Positions 24,248-32,318 of a DNA stretch of 41,828 nt are shown piece after piece. Below the pieces are notes generated by a model. It did no database searches. It saw nothing but the letters and a program-made list of their open reading frames with translations, and was not told the DNA's origin. Both the position numbers and the translations under genes were made by a program. Source of the DNA: a virus (Duplodnaviria > Heunggongvirae > Uroviricota > Caudoviricetes); IMG/VR virus record IMGVR_UViG_2541047798_000006; one strand, given 5' to 3'. Each line of letters starts with the position of its first letter. The stretch's first letter is position 1.

Positions 24248-24280
24248 AAAACCCCGCTTGGTGCCAACAAACGGGGTTTT
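24248..24280. other. strong stem-loop in R–Rz spacer
   Basis: aaaaccccg ... cggggtttt 9-bp perfect stem, 15-nt loop. Confidence 0.5.
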
Positions 24281-24370
24281 TACTTTTATTCACTTACGTT
24301 TCGCCACTTCGCAGGATTTCATGTTATCCGCCCGCGTGGCCATGCCTTATTTTTCAGCAAAATATTCTGC

Positions 24371-24904
24371 TTATCTGTCGATACCCCAGCACGCCAGCGC
24401 GCTCTCCTGGTCACGACGGGATACCTGACCGTAGCAGTTGTTTGAACGAATACGGCAGTCTCTGCCACCGTCCTTAATCCACCAGCGAATCGCCTCACAC
24501 GCTCCCCTGCGATCACCTGCATTAATTCGTTTGTAAAACGTCGACGGGAAACACTTACCGGGACCAATGTTGTACGGACAGAATGACGCGATCCCCGCTT
24601 TCTGGGGTTCGCTCAATGGCACTTTGATGTTTTTCTCCACCCATGCCAGCGCCTTATCACGCTCAATGGCGTTGACCTGGTCGCATTTTTCCTTCGACAG
24701 TTTCATACCGGGAAAAACGGGTTTTCCATCCACCATCGTGGCCCCCCGACAGATGGTCCAGTTGCCGGAACCATCGCGGTATGCCGTTGTGTGGTTACCC
24801 TCTTTTTCGTCCAGAAACTGGTCAAGTATCTGAGGAGCAGACGCGCCTGCAGCAATCAGCGCCAGAACAGCAGCTGACAGGCCGTATTTGATTTTTACGC
24901 TCAT
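24371..24904 (-). CDS. R: phage lysozyme (GH24, T4-lysozyme fold) with N-terminal signal/SAR-like hydrophobic segment
   Basis: E-x8-D-x5-T catalytic spacing in EGNHTTAYRDGSGNWTI; N-terminal YGLSAAVLALIAAGASAP. Confidence 0.85.
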   Translation of the reverse strand: MSVKIKYGLSAAVLALIAAGASAPQILDQFLDEKEGNHTTAYRDGSGNWTICRGATMVDGKPVFPGMKLSKEKCDQVNAIERDKALAWVEKNIKVPLSEPQKAGIASFCPYNIGPGKCFPSTFYKRINAGDRRGACEAIRWWIKDGGRDCRIRSNNCYGQVSRRDQESALACWGIDR

Positions 24905-24997
24905 GGATATTTATCAGGATGCTACCAATGAAAGATACTGGAAAGCCAACTGCAAAAAGCTAACAACCTGTAATCGAGTTATCAGAACTGTTAATTT

Positions 24998-25258
24998 TTA
25001 TGGTATACCGCGCCTCTGAACAGGGGCGCGTTTCTGGCAACAGCTCGTCCCCTTCACATAACCCGGCAGCAACATCCAGGAAGACCTGGCTGCTGCCTCA
25101 TAAAACTCCAGCGCGGCACCTTCAACACGGTCCAGCGAGATGTCCAGGTCAAAAATTTCACCGTCAAAGCGTTTTTTGTCCCGTAACGCTAAAGTTACCG
25201 TAACTTTATTCTCAAAATTGCGGATCCCTTTCACAATCAGTTCATAGTTTTGAGTCAT
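24998..25258 (-). CDS. small protein between holin and endolysin (possibly YdfR/DUF1327-like, maybe C-terminally altered)
   Basis: 86 aa MTQNYELIVKGIRNFENKVTVTLALRDKKRFDGEIFDLD...; GGAG SD directly after the S stop; family from memory. Confidence 0.45.
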   Translation of the reverse strand: MTQNYELIVKGIRNFENKVTVTLALRDKKRFDGEIFDLDISLDRVEGAALEFYEAAARSSWMLLPGYVKGTSCCQKRAPVQRRGIP

Positions 25259-25262
25259 TGAA

Positions 25263-25478
25263 TTACTCTCCCCGTGCCGCCTTACGACGGTCCTCTCTGA
25301 TTTTGAAATACAGGTTAGTCAGATATGTCAGCAGCCCAAACAGCAGACTCCCCAGCACGCCTATTGCCGCCCACTGAGACGGGGAAACCCTGTCCAGCAA
25401 CTGCAGGAACCAGTAGCCCGTTCCCACCGCTGACGTAGTGTATGACACACCTGTTGTGATTTTTTCCATCTGGTCCAT
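25263..25478 (-). CDS. S: pinholin, phage 21 S-type, dual-start
   Basis: 71 aa [71 protein letters not shown]; two Met codons at positions 1 and 4; GGGAG SD. Confidence 0.85.
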   Translation of the reverse strand: MDQMEKITTGVSYTTSAVGTGYWFLQLLDRVSPSQWAAIGVLGSLLFGLLTYLTNLYFKIREDRRKAARGE

Positions 25479-25785
25479 ACCCCGTCTCCCGTTATCCGGA
25501 AGCTGACAACAATAAAAAAGCCACCAGTTAACTACTGATGGCTCTGATAACTCATGCAAGCGTCTCAGACGATCCACTGACACTATCGGTGAGTTTAACG
25601 ATACCTTCCATTTGACTGGCTCACTTTTTATGATGATGCCGGTGCATTTATCTCCAGCACCAGACTTTCTATCTCAACGCCATACGTTGCATTTTTGGTA
25701 ATATCCGTCAGCGTCAGTGCATTTAGTCCCACTGCCAGACTGTCTTTTATGGCCTGGAATGCCGGGCCAGTACGATGACGTAGTA

Positions 25786-25989
25786 TCACTCCGGCTCAGT
25801 TGCACCGCTGACCACCACATCACCTTCTGCTGCAATCGCCTGCATCAGGGTATAAGGGGTTATGGCCACCGGACTACCAAACGGCTGCCAGCCCTCTTTC
25901 AGTTTATGTGTCAGCTTTTCCGCAAGATCTGACGGCGGCGCCGCCCTGACAACATCATAGTGTTTAAATGCCATGGTTCTTTCCACCAT
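25786..25989 (-). CDS. small hypothetical protein upstream of lysis cassette (possibly DUF1737-like)
   Basis: 67-aa ORF ...MAFKHYDVVRAAPPSDLAEKLTHKLKEGWQPFGSPVAITPYTLMQAIAAEG... Confidence 0.45.
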   Translation of the reverse strand: MVERTMAFKHYDVVRAAPPSDLAEKLTHKLKEGWQPFGSPVAITPYTLMQAIAAEGDVVVSGATEPE

Positions 25990-26234
25990 CTGAAAAATAA
26001 TTCTTTAAAATGCCTGACATGTAATACAGAAAAAAACACAAAACCATACCTTAAATAAAAACCTGATTATCAAGCAGATATGCATGGATAAACTACAAGA
26101 CGAGATATAAACCACCCTGTATTTAAATAAACAATAAACAACATCAGAAAAATAATTCTGCTCTATGGTTTAATTCAAAAATATCATTTATACTTTTCAG
26201 AACATCACCAGCAAGGCATAAACAAGGAAAGTAA

Positions 26235-26570
26235 ATGAAGTGGATTGTGATTGATACAGTTATCCAGCCATCATGCGGAATATCTTTTTCAGTCATATGG
26301 AGTAAAATAAAATTAATAATCTGGTATCAATCGGATGCTTTCTTACCTCCTGAAAGTATATTTACACTGACTCACACAGGCATCATGCTCAATAACAAAG
26401 TGCTGCCTGTAACCATTTACAACGTAGTACCATTCAATAAAACATTCTGGAATTTAATCAAAAACAGCCAGGAATGCCCTACAAATACAGATAACGTATT
26501 GAATGAATGCTTTAATAACCGTTGCACTCTGCAAATATGTCCTTATGGACTAAAACAACAAAGTCCATAA
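26235..26570 (+). CDS. hypothetical AT-rich cargo protein, Cys-rich C-terminus
   Basis: 111 aa, AAGGAAAG SD 4 nt upstream of the ATG; opposite strand to late transcription; very low GC. Confidence 0.5.
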   Translation: MKWIVIDTVIQPSCGISFSVIWSKIKLIIWYQSDAFLPPESIFTLTHTGIMLNNKVLPVTIYNVVPFNKTFWNLIKNSQECPTNTDNVLNECFNNRCTLQICPYGLKQQSP

Positions 26571-26604
26571 GGAGTTTACTCACATCTGACAAAATCAATA
26601 TAAA

Positions 26605-26626
26605 CAGCCCCTCCGGAGAGGGGCTG
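26605..26626. terminator. candidate bidirectional terminator hairpin between convergent cargo ORFs
   Basis: cagcccctc-cgga-gaggggctg 9-bp perfect stem. Confidence 0.45.
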
Positions 26627-27017
26627 GAGAGTGGCGCTATGTGCCATTGCATGGTGCCGGGTGCCTCCCGGTGAATTCAGTACCAGCACCTGAATCCGCG
26701 ATTATCCCATATACCTACTCGCTGATTGCCCCACCGCACAGGGGGATTCACCATGCCAGTTTCTTTTAACAAACTCCCCGCAAACCAGACAACAGTCAAC
26801 CGCCTGAATTGTGAAGTATTTAAAAATTTCTCCCGCTAACTGATACCCGGCTAACAGTCTGGCGTTTTCTTTTTCAGCAACGGGAAAGCAACAACCACCA
26901 CACCCGCCACCAGCACACCGTCAGCCAGCACTGACATTATCCGGCTGCTGCAATGCCATTCACAAAAACAGTAAGCAATCACTTTTTACCGTAACAGGTG
27001 ATAATCCAGATATGTAT

Positions 27018-27371
27018 CTACCCCAGATGAGTAATCCGAAGTTCATCCATACCACAGGTCCTGGCTATTCTGTTGTACTCCTGAACAAGAGCAAATAATT
27101 CTGAATTAGCAACCATGAACTCATCGCAAACCCTCTGTATAGCATCACTATTCAGAATAATAACGTCTCTTCCCGAAAGACGATCAGGAGTACAGAACAA
27201 AACTGTCAAACGGCTGAAGGCCTTTGCTCGTGCTGCATTGACTATATCAATACGCTGCCTAAGGATGAAACACCCCGACGCCTCATCAATATTCACTCTA
27301 CCCACACCATATGAATGATAAATATTTAATGCTGAAAAAACCATTAGACCGTATAACAAATATTCAATCAA
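27018..27371 (-). CDS. hypothetical AT-rich cargo protein
   Basis: 117-aa ORF (TTG in ORF track; in-frame ATG at 27344 gives 108 aa); no recognisable family. Confidence 0.4.
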   Translation of the reverse strand: MIEYLLYGLMVFSALNIYHSYGVGRVNIDEASGCFILRQRIDIVNAARAKAFSRLTVLFCTPDRLSGRDVIILNSDAIQRVCDEFMVANSELFALVQEYNRIARTCGMDELRITHLG

Positions 27372-27481
27372 TACTTAACAGAACTTTTATTTTTGACAAA
27401 CATATAATATTTTCAACAATATCCTGAGCCAGGTATATTTCAGTATAAGGCTCTGCCGGAAGGAATCTGGAAGAATGAATA

Positions 27482-27558
27482 TGGCGCGCTGTACTGGATT
27501 CGAACCAGTGACCGATTGCTTAGAAGGCAATTGCTCTGTCCGGCTGAGCTAACAACGC
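27482..27558 (-). tRNA. tRNA-Arg (anticodon UCU)
   Basis: 77 nt; acceptor GCGTTGT/ACAGCGC, T-loop GGTTCGAATCC, anticodon loop CTTCTAA, 3' GCCA. Confidence 0.85.
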
Positions 27559-27571
27559 TGAATACCGATAA

Positions 27572-27652
27572 TGGACCGCCATCGGGGACCCGCCCCCCGC
27601 ACCAACAACCCTGTTATCGTGTCGTCTGCTCTTCCTGATAAGCTAATGGCGG
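27572..27652 (-). other. degenerate tRNA-like element between the two tRNAs
   Basis: acceptor CCGCCAT/ATGGCGG with T-CCA tail, D-stem GCTT/GAGC, T-stem CGGGG/CCCCG, but non-canonical T-loop GGCGGGT and no foldable anticodon arm. Confidence 0.3.
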
Positions 27653-27659
27653 TTTGTGA

Positions 27660-27735
27660 TGGTGGCCCTTGCTGGATTTGAACCAGCGACCTGGCGATTA
27701 TGAGTCGCTCGCTCTCACCACTGAGCTAAAGGGCC
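27660..27735 (-). tRNA. tRNA-Ile2-like (anticodon CAU; could be read as Met)
   Basis: 76 nt; closely resembles E. coli ileX from memory; anticodon loop CTCATAA. Confidence 0.85.
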
Positions 27736-27771
27736 GGGAGCAGAATAATAACGGTCCATAATTAATTCCGC

Positions 27772-27800
27772 AATAAAAAACCCGCTCGGCGGCGGGTTGT
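27772..27800 (-). terminator. tR'-like intrinsic terminator downstream of the late promoter
   Basis: - strand cccgc-cgccga-gcggg followed by TTTTTTATT. Confidence 0.6.
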
Positions 27801-27845
27801 AGAAACTCTTCTAACGTCAGGCATAAAACGCCCATCATTATGACG

Positions 27846-27873
27846 AATTTACCACAGATTCCGGAAAAATCAA
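27846..27873 (-). promoter_or_regulatory. candidate late promoter pR' (qut region) directly after Q
   Basis: - strand TTGATT, 16-nt spacer, TAAATT; position matches lambdoid late-operon architecture. Confidence 0.4.
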
Positions 27874-27878
27874 CCTTG

Positions 27879-28700
27879 TTACCTAGTTACCTTTTTTAAC
27901 TGCCGCTCAGCCCATGCTTCTTCAATATCAAACCGGGTCACCAGCGCATCATAGAATTTCTTAACTGTTTTTTCCCATGACGCGCGTGTTATCTGGTTTG
28001 TCACCTCGCATATAGCATTAAATGCCTCCGTTGATGGTAGTCTTTCATAGCCACGACCACCACAACGCTGGCAGTCTCTGATAACAGGCATACCACGTTT
28101 TACCGACTCTTCACGATGAATGGCGACACCACGCCCACGGCAATCCTTACAGGCGGTGGAAACCTCACCCTTTCCGCCACACTCCGGACAGGCAACTTTT
28201 ACCACCTCCCTGACTTTTTTCCATTCTTCCCAGTAAGACGGATACACACCTTTCGTACACTTTGCCCATACCGGCGGCTTACCATCCGGATACTGGACCT
28301 TGTTTGTAAAAACTACGCTTTCAATAAATTTTTCCCCATAGCAACAAGGGCACTGCTTTTTACTCGCTGCGCTGCGGGCATAATCCTCAAAAGCGTACGA
28401 AGCCATAATGCGCATCACTAACGGTTTTATTTCTGCCGGAAGTTTTCTCAACGCCGCCACACGATCGCACCGACTGAGTGCATAATCTGCCAGTAATTCT
28501 GTTGCCCGCGCCCTGTCATTCATACTGATGCCCATTTTCCCCAGGAACGCAGAAAACCCCATCTCAGCCCGATTCTGTGTCATGCCCTGCGCGGCCATCA
28601 CATCAGTGATACTCAGCGCATCTTTTGACGTTGAGGCCGATACATCGGTCAGGCCAGGGGATTTTGGGGAGTAGTATTTCGGTAAATCTTCCAGTTTCAT
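27879..28700 (-). CDS. Q: antitermination protein Q (zinc-finger, phage 82/QuuQ-like)
   Basis: 273 aa with CPECGGKG, CKDCRGRG, CQRCGGRG motifs; sits upstream of pR'/tRNAs/lysis genes. Confidence 0.75.
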   Translation of the reverse strand: MKLEDLPKYYSPKSPGLTDVSASTSKDALSITDVMAAQGMTQNRAEMGFSAFLGKMGISMNDRARATELLADYALSRCDRVAALRKLPAEIKPLVMRIMASYAFEDYARSAASKKQCPCCYGEKFIESVVFTNKVQYPDGKPPVWAKCTKGVYPSYWEEWKKVREVVKVACPECGGKGEVSTACKDCRGRGVAIHREESVKRGMPVIRDCQRCGGRGYERLPSTEAFNAICEVTNQITRASWEKTVKKFYDALVTRFDIEEAWAERQLKKVTR

Positions 28701-29071
28701 TTTTTGACCTGCTCTTCATGCATTATGGGGTAAATCTTCACCCCCATACGTCCACCAGATACTGGCTGACCACGAACGATATTGATTTCATCAAACTGCT
28801 CATCGTCCATTAACACTCCCGCATGCGTCAGCGCATCCAGCGGTGCTTTCAGGATATTGTCCAGGTCGCGACGACGCTTATCCGGTGGCTCTGCAATCAC
28901 CTTTATCGCCAGCCTTCCGGACAGGCTTAATTTCAGCCGCTGCTGGCGAACAATAAGCGCCACAGCCCGGCGATAACGCTTTCCCTCCTCCGAGATAAAA
29001 TATGTGCTGCCACGGCGTCGCCAGTAAGTGTTCACCGTCGGCGGGTAAGGTAAAACCAAATCTATGAGCAT
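28697..29071 (-). CDS. rusA: Holliday junction resolvase RusA
   Basis: 124 aa ...LPYPPTVNTYWRRRG...PDKRRRDLDNILKAPLDALTHAGVLMDDEQ. Confidence 0.85.
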   Translation of the reverse strand: MLIDLVLPYPPTVNTYWRRRGSTYFISEEGKRYRRAVALIVRQQRLKLSLSGRLAIKVIAEPPDKRRRDLDNILKAPLDALTHAGVLMDDEQFDEINIVRGQPVSGGRMGVKIYPIMHEEQVKK

Positions 29072-29083
29072 CAGTCACCTCTT

Positions 29084-30133
29084 TTACCCAAGCACGCCAG
29101 TTGCAAAGGCGTGATCAAGAAAACGAAAAATTAAATCAACCTGAGAACCATGCTTTTGTTCGAACGCCAGAGGATCCGCATGAAGCTCGTTGTGATGCTC
29201 CCGACACAGCGGTAGCGTGAAAATATCGTGAGATTTTGTCCCCATTCCGCCCTGACCATGACCAATCAGGTGATGGGGATCGTCGGCTGGCTTACCACAA
29301 CACGCACACGGCTGTGTCTTCACCCAGCGTGTGTATTTCTCGTTAACCCAGCGGCGACGTTTAGGTCGTTTCATGAAAGATTCCGGAGACTCAGGATCAA
29401 CGGCAATGCTGACCACCGTCTTTTCCTGTGGTGGGTTCTGTTGCTGGTGGGCGTGAGGCAGCGGCGCAATATTTTTTGTGCGCTGTTTCAGTATGCTGGT
29501 GGCGGTCTGCTCTCCCGGTACGATGTCGCTTTCACGGTACATTGAGCGGATTTTTTCCGCACGCAACCCCAGCGAACGACGTAATACCGCTTCCGGTAGC
29601 GCGTCCGCCACCTGATTGCGGACCGCCCACCAGGATAATTCAGCCAAAGATAATTCACGCTCCTGCGTACCGCTTATTGCGTGACCGATGACGTCAATCA
29701 TCCATGCTGACAGGTTTTGATGAGCAAGTTGCCCGAGTGATTCGGATGTCTGGTCACGCAGCTGGTTGTCGCAGTGCCAGCACAACACCATTGCGCCGGT
29801 ACCATAACGGTGAATGACGGTTTCGCTGTGATGATAATCGCCGTGTGGCCACTGGCAGGATTTAATATGGCGCAACAGCCAGTCAGACAATGCACCAGCA
29901 CCACCAGCAGCACGAATTACCCGTGCGTTACTGAAAAACGGCAGCAATGTTTTGTCTTCCACCAGCGGCTGGCGAACGGCAGGAACGACCCCGGACGGCA
30001 GATTACGCATGCTTTTCGGTTCCGGCTCCACCAGTAGCCGGGTATTGTGGAATACCGGCATGGATTCACGGCCCGGCTTAACGATCACCAGCCCGAGTTC
30101 CGGTACCAGAACAGGTCGAAGTAATACCCGCAC
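29084..30133 (-). CDS. DUF968/YdfU-like protein with C-terminal HNH-like Cys/His cluster
   Basis: 349 aa; C-terminus CACCGKPADDPHHLIGHGQGGMGTKSHDIFTLPLCREHHNELH; GTG start. Confidence 0.6.
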   Translation of the reverse strand: MRVLLRPVLVPELGLVIVKPGRESMPVFHNTRLLVEPEPKSMRNLPSGVVPAVRQPLVEDKTLLPFFSNARVIRAAGGAGALSDWLLRHIKSCQWPHGDYHHSETVIHRYGTGAMVLCWHCDNQLRDQTSESLGQLAHQNLSAWMIDVIGHAISGTQERELSLAELSWWAVRNQVADALPEAVLRRSLGLRAEKIRSMYRESDIVPGEQTATSILKQRTKNIAPLPHAHQQQNPPQEKTVVSIAVDPESPESFMKRPKRRRWVNEKYTRWVKTQPCACCGKPADDPHHLIGHGQGGMGTKSHDIFTLPLCREHHNELHADPLAFEQKHGSQVDLIFRFLDHAFATGVLG

Positions 30134-30134
30134 G

Positions 30135-30413
30135 TTACCTCCAGATGCGTTGCTGGAATGTACGGGACGGACGCGGTGGGCGTTCGGAGTAAGGCAATCT
30201 GACTGAGATTATCCAGTGACGGTAGTCGAGACTAAGAGCTTTCTTAACCTCGTATCCGCGCCTGCGGTAACACTGAATTATCCATTCAGCCTGCTCTTCA
30301 GTGCATGGAGGGTGCTGGAACCATTCAGACTTGAATGCGTGAGAATACCGCTCGTGCGTGCAGGCAAGAACGGGCGAATTATCAGAATTGTAATATTTTA
30401 CGTTGCGTGCCAT
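30135..30413 (-). CDS. hypothetical protein translationally coupled to the DUF968 gene
   Basis: 92 aa; stop at 30135-30137 one nt from the downstream start. Confidence 0.45.
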   Translation of the reverse strand: MARNVKYYNSDNSPVLACTHERYSHAFKSEWFQHPPCTEEQAEWIIQCYRRRGYEVKKALSLDYRHWIISVRLPYSERPPRPSRTFQQRIWR

Positions 30414-30479
30414 CGGTTTTCTCCGGTGGCACGGTGTTACTCAGCGGGAGTTCAGCCCCGCGCAAGATTGTAGATGAGT

Positions 30480-30731
30480 TTATTCTTCTGCAAAAGCTGA
30501 AAAGCCTGCTTTTATTCCGATCTCTTTCAGTGCCTGTAATGAAGTGACAAACTCACCTTCGCGCAAGATAAATCCGTCTGTCACTCGACCATCCACAAAA
30601 TTAATTAACGCAGCCCCATTCTTTCGCAAACACATAATGCGGTAATGACTAACAAGATTTCCATTTTCAACGCACACAGCATAGAGGCCATCTTCACAAA
30701 AAATTTTACGCAGTTCTTCGATGTTCATCAT
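30480..30731 (-). CDS. rem: Rem-like small protein
   Basis: 83 aa, placed next to hok as rem is next to hokD in Qin (from memory). Confidence 0.5.
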   Translation of the reverse strand: MMNIEELRKIFCEDGLYAVCVENGNLVSHYRIMCLRKNGAALINFVDGRVTDGFILREGEFVTSLQALKEIGIKAGFSAFAEE

Positions 30732-30846
30732 CAGAATCCTTCCGGATAATTAGCTCTCCCCTTTAAGGGACCATCCCTCTTATCCCTGCGCGCTACTTAA
30801 GTATTTTTGATTCTATTCCGGCACCGTCCAGAACTTCAAACGCGTG

Positions 30847-30878
30847 AAAATAAAAACAAAAACCCGCCGAAGCGGGTT
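30847..30878 (-). terminator. intrinsic terminator at hok mRNA 3' end
   Basis: - strand aacccgcttcggcgggtttttgtttttatttt. Confidence 0.65.
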
Positions 30879-30917
30879 AAGTGCGGGTGCGTTGAGGATA
30901 CCTGCCACATCAGAGGT

Positions 30918-30939
30918 GGCGAGGGATTTCTCCCTCGCC
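30918..30939 (-). other. 9-bp perfect hairpin just after hok stop (hok mRNA 3' structure)
   Basis: ggcgaggga-tttc-tccctcgcc. Confidence 0.6.
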
Positions 30940-30946
30940 GGGTCTC

Positions 30947-31102
30947 TTACTCCTCAGGTTCGTAAGCTGTGAAGACAGCGACCTCCGTCTGGCCGGTTCG
31001 GATTCGTACCTCGCAGAGGTCTTTCCTCGTTACCAGTGCCGTCACTATGACGGTTAAACAGATGACGATCAGGGCGATTAACATCGCCTTTTGCTGCTTC
31101 AT
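30947..31102 (-). CDS. hok: Hok-family type I toxin (HokD/RelF-like)
   Basis: 51 aa MKQQKAMLIALIVICLTVIVTALVTRKDLCEVRIRTGQTEVAVFTAYEPEE. Confidence 0.85.
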   Translation of the reverse strand: MKQQKAMLIALIVICLTVIVTALVTRKDLCEVRIRTGQTEVAVFTAYEPEE

Positions 31103-31650
31103 AGCCTGCTTCTCCTTGCCTTTCGGCACGTAAGAGGCTAACCTACATGTGTCTAGCATGAAATTGGCCTCAGATTAATGTTAAGCGTCTTGCAGGACGC
31201 GTAATGTTAACTGGGGCTTTTCTCTATCTGCCGTTGGTGTTATGCCCGAGGCAGATAGCCTCAAGCACCCGCAGCCATTCTACTTAACTACCGTTACCTC
31301 GCCAATGTGAAATCAGTCAGAAAGGCGATCCATAAGAACAATAGCAAGACAATAAATCGCCATTACAGCCGTAATAGCCAGCGCACATTTGAGAACCAGC
31401 ACCACAACCTCCTGTATTGGACGTACACCAGTCCTGATGAATATGAGGCTGTCTCGTCAGTGATTCAATACAACTATTGGGTATAGTTTCTCTGATTTTT
31501 TCTGTGGAAATGGGGCTCAACCACTAGTCATTTAATACGCAAAGTCCGATACAAGCTAACCTTCTAGTCCGCTTTGAGCGAAAAGCGGACGTTGGAAGTT
31601 TAAAACTCGCGAACTACTCAGCGTCCATTGATGCGTATTGTGTAACGTGA

Positions 31651-32295
31651 TTAACCACAGATGATATTGAAACGTTCTCCGGAAATCTTGACCATAATGT
31701 CAGACAGTTCGCTGACGGCATGGGCTTCAGATGATCCCAGAGCGTCAGGCTGAACAGCTATTACCGAAGCTCCACTTGCCAGCCCTGCTTTTATACCCGC
31801 AGATGCATCCTCAAATACCACGCATTCACCAGGCTCAAGGCCCAAAGCCAAAGCTGCTTTGATGTAACCCTCGGGACTTGGTTTTCCCGTCATTACATCT
31901 TCTGCACACACCATTACTATGGGTAAGGGGAGATTAGCCGCTTTCATCCTGTTTTCTGCAAGCATTCTGCCTGCAGAAGTGACAAGTGCCCAGCTATCCG
32001 GTGGCAGTTTTGATAAGAGTGCAGCGGCCCCTTTTACTTCAGTAACGCCTTCTGTCATGTTGATTTCAACCTCTTCGAGTGAGGCCGCGATTTTATTGGT
32101 TTTCTCACCTGCACCAATAAAATGCGTCAGTGTATCAATCGTTTGCCGCCCGTGTGCGTAAGCAATCACAGCCTGAGTATCAAGACCGTATTCTGCACAA
32201 AAATCTCTCCAGACGCTTTCCACTACGGCTGTTGAATCAACCAGCGTACCGTCCATATCGAATAAAAAACCCTTAGCGTTGAATATCATTGCCAT
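31651..32295 (-). CDS. HAD-superfamily hydrolase (phosphatase-like)
   Basis: 214 aa, DxDGTL-type motif FDMDGTLVDS near the N-terminus. Confidence 0.8.
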   Translation of the reverse strand: MAMIFNAKGFLFDMDGTLVDSTAVVESVWRDFCAEYGLDTQAVIAYAHGRQTIDTLTHFIGAGEKTNKIAASLEEVEINMTEGVTEVKGAAALLSKLPPDSWALVTSAGRMLAENRMKAANLPLPIVMVCAEDVMTGKPSPEGYIKAALALGLEPGECVVFEDASAGIKAGLASGASVIAVQPDALGSSEAHAVSELSDIMVKISGERFNIICG

Positions 32296-32318
32296 TCCTT
32301 AATGGTTGCAGAAGAAAG

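Noticed and set aside
24141-24428. 95-aa + strand ORF in the R–Rz spacer
   Set aside because: Overlaps the lysozyme 3' end and the hairpin on the opposite strand; no start context.
25990-27480. Shiga toxin or other AB5 toxin genes in the Q–S slot
   Set aside because: No ORFs of suitable size or signal-peptide architecture; the slot carries only uncharacterised small ORFs.
30947-31159. 70-aa extended hok ORF
   Set aside because: The N-terminal 19 codons are an upstream in-frame extension; Hok proper is the 51-aa protein from the ATG at 31102.
31317-31520. 67-aa Cys/Gly-rich ORF upstream of hok
   Set aside because: No SD, low-complexity composition; probably non-coding leader or promoter DNA.
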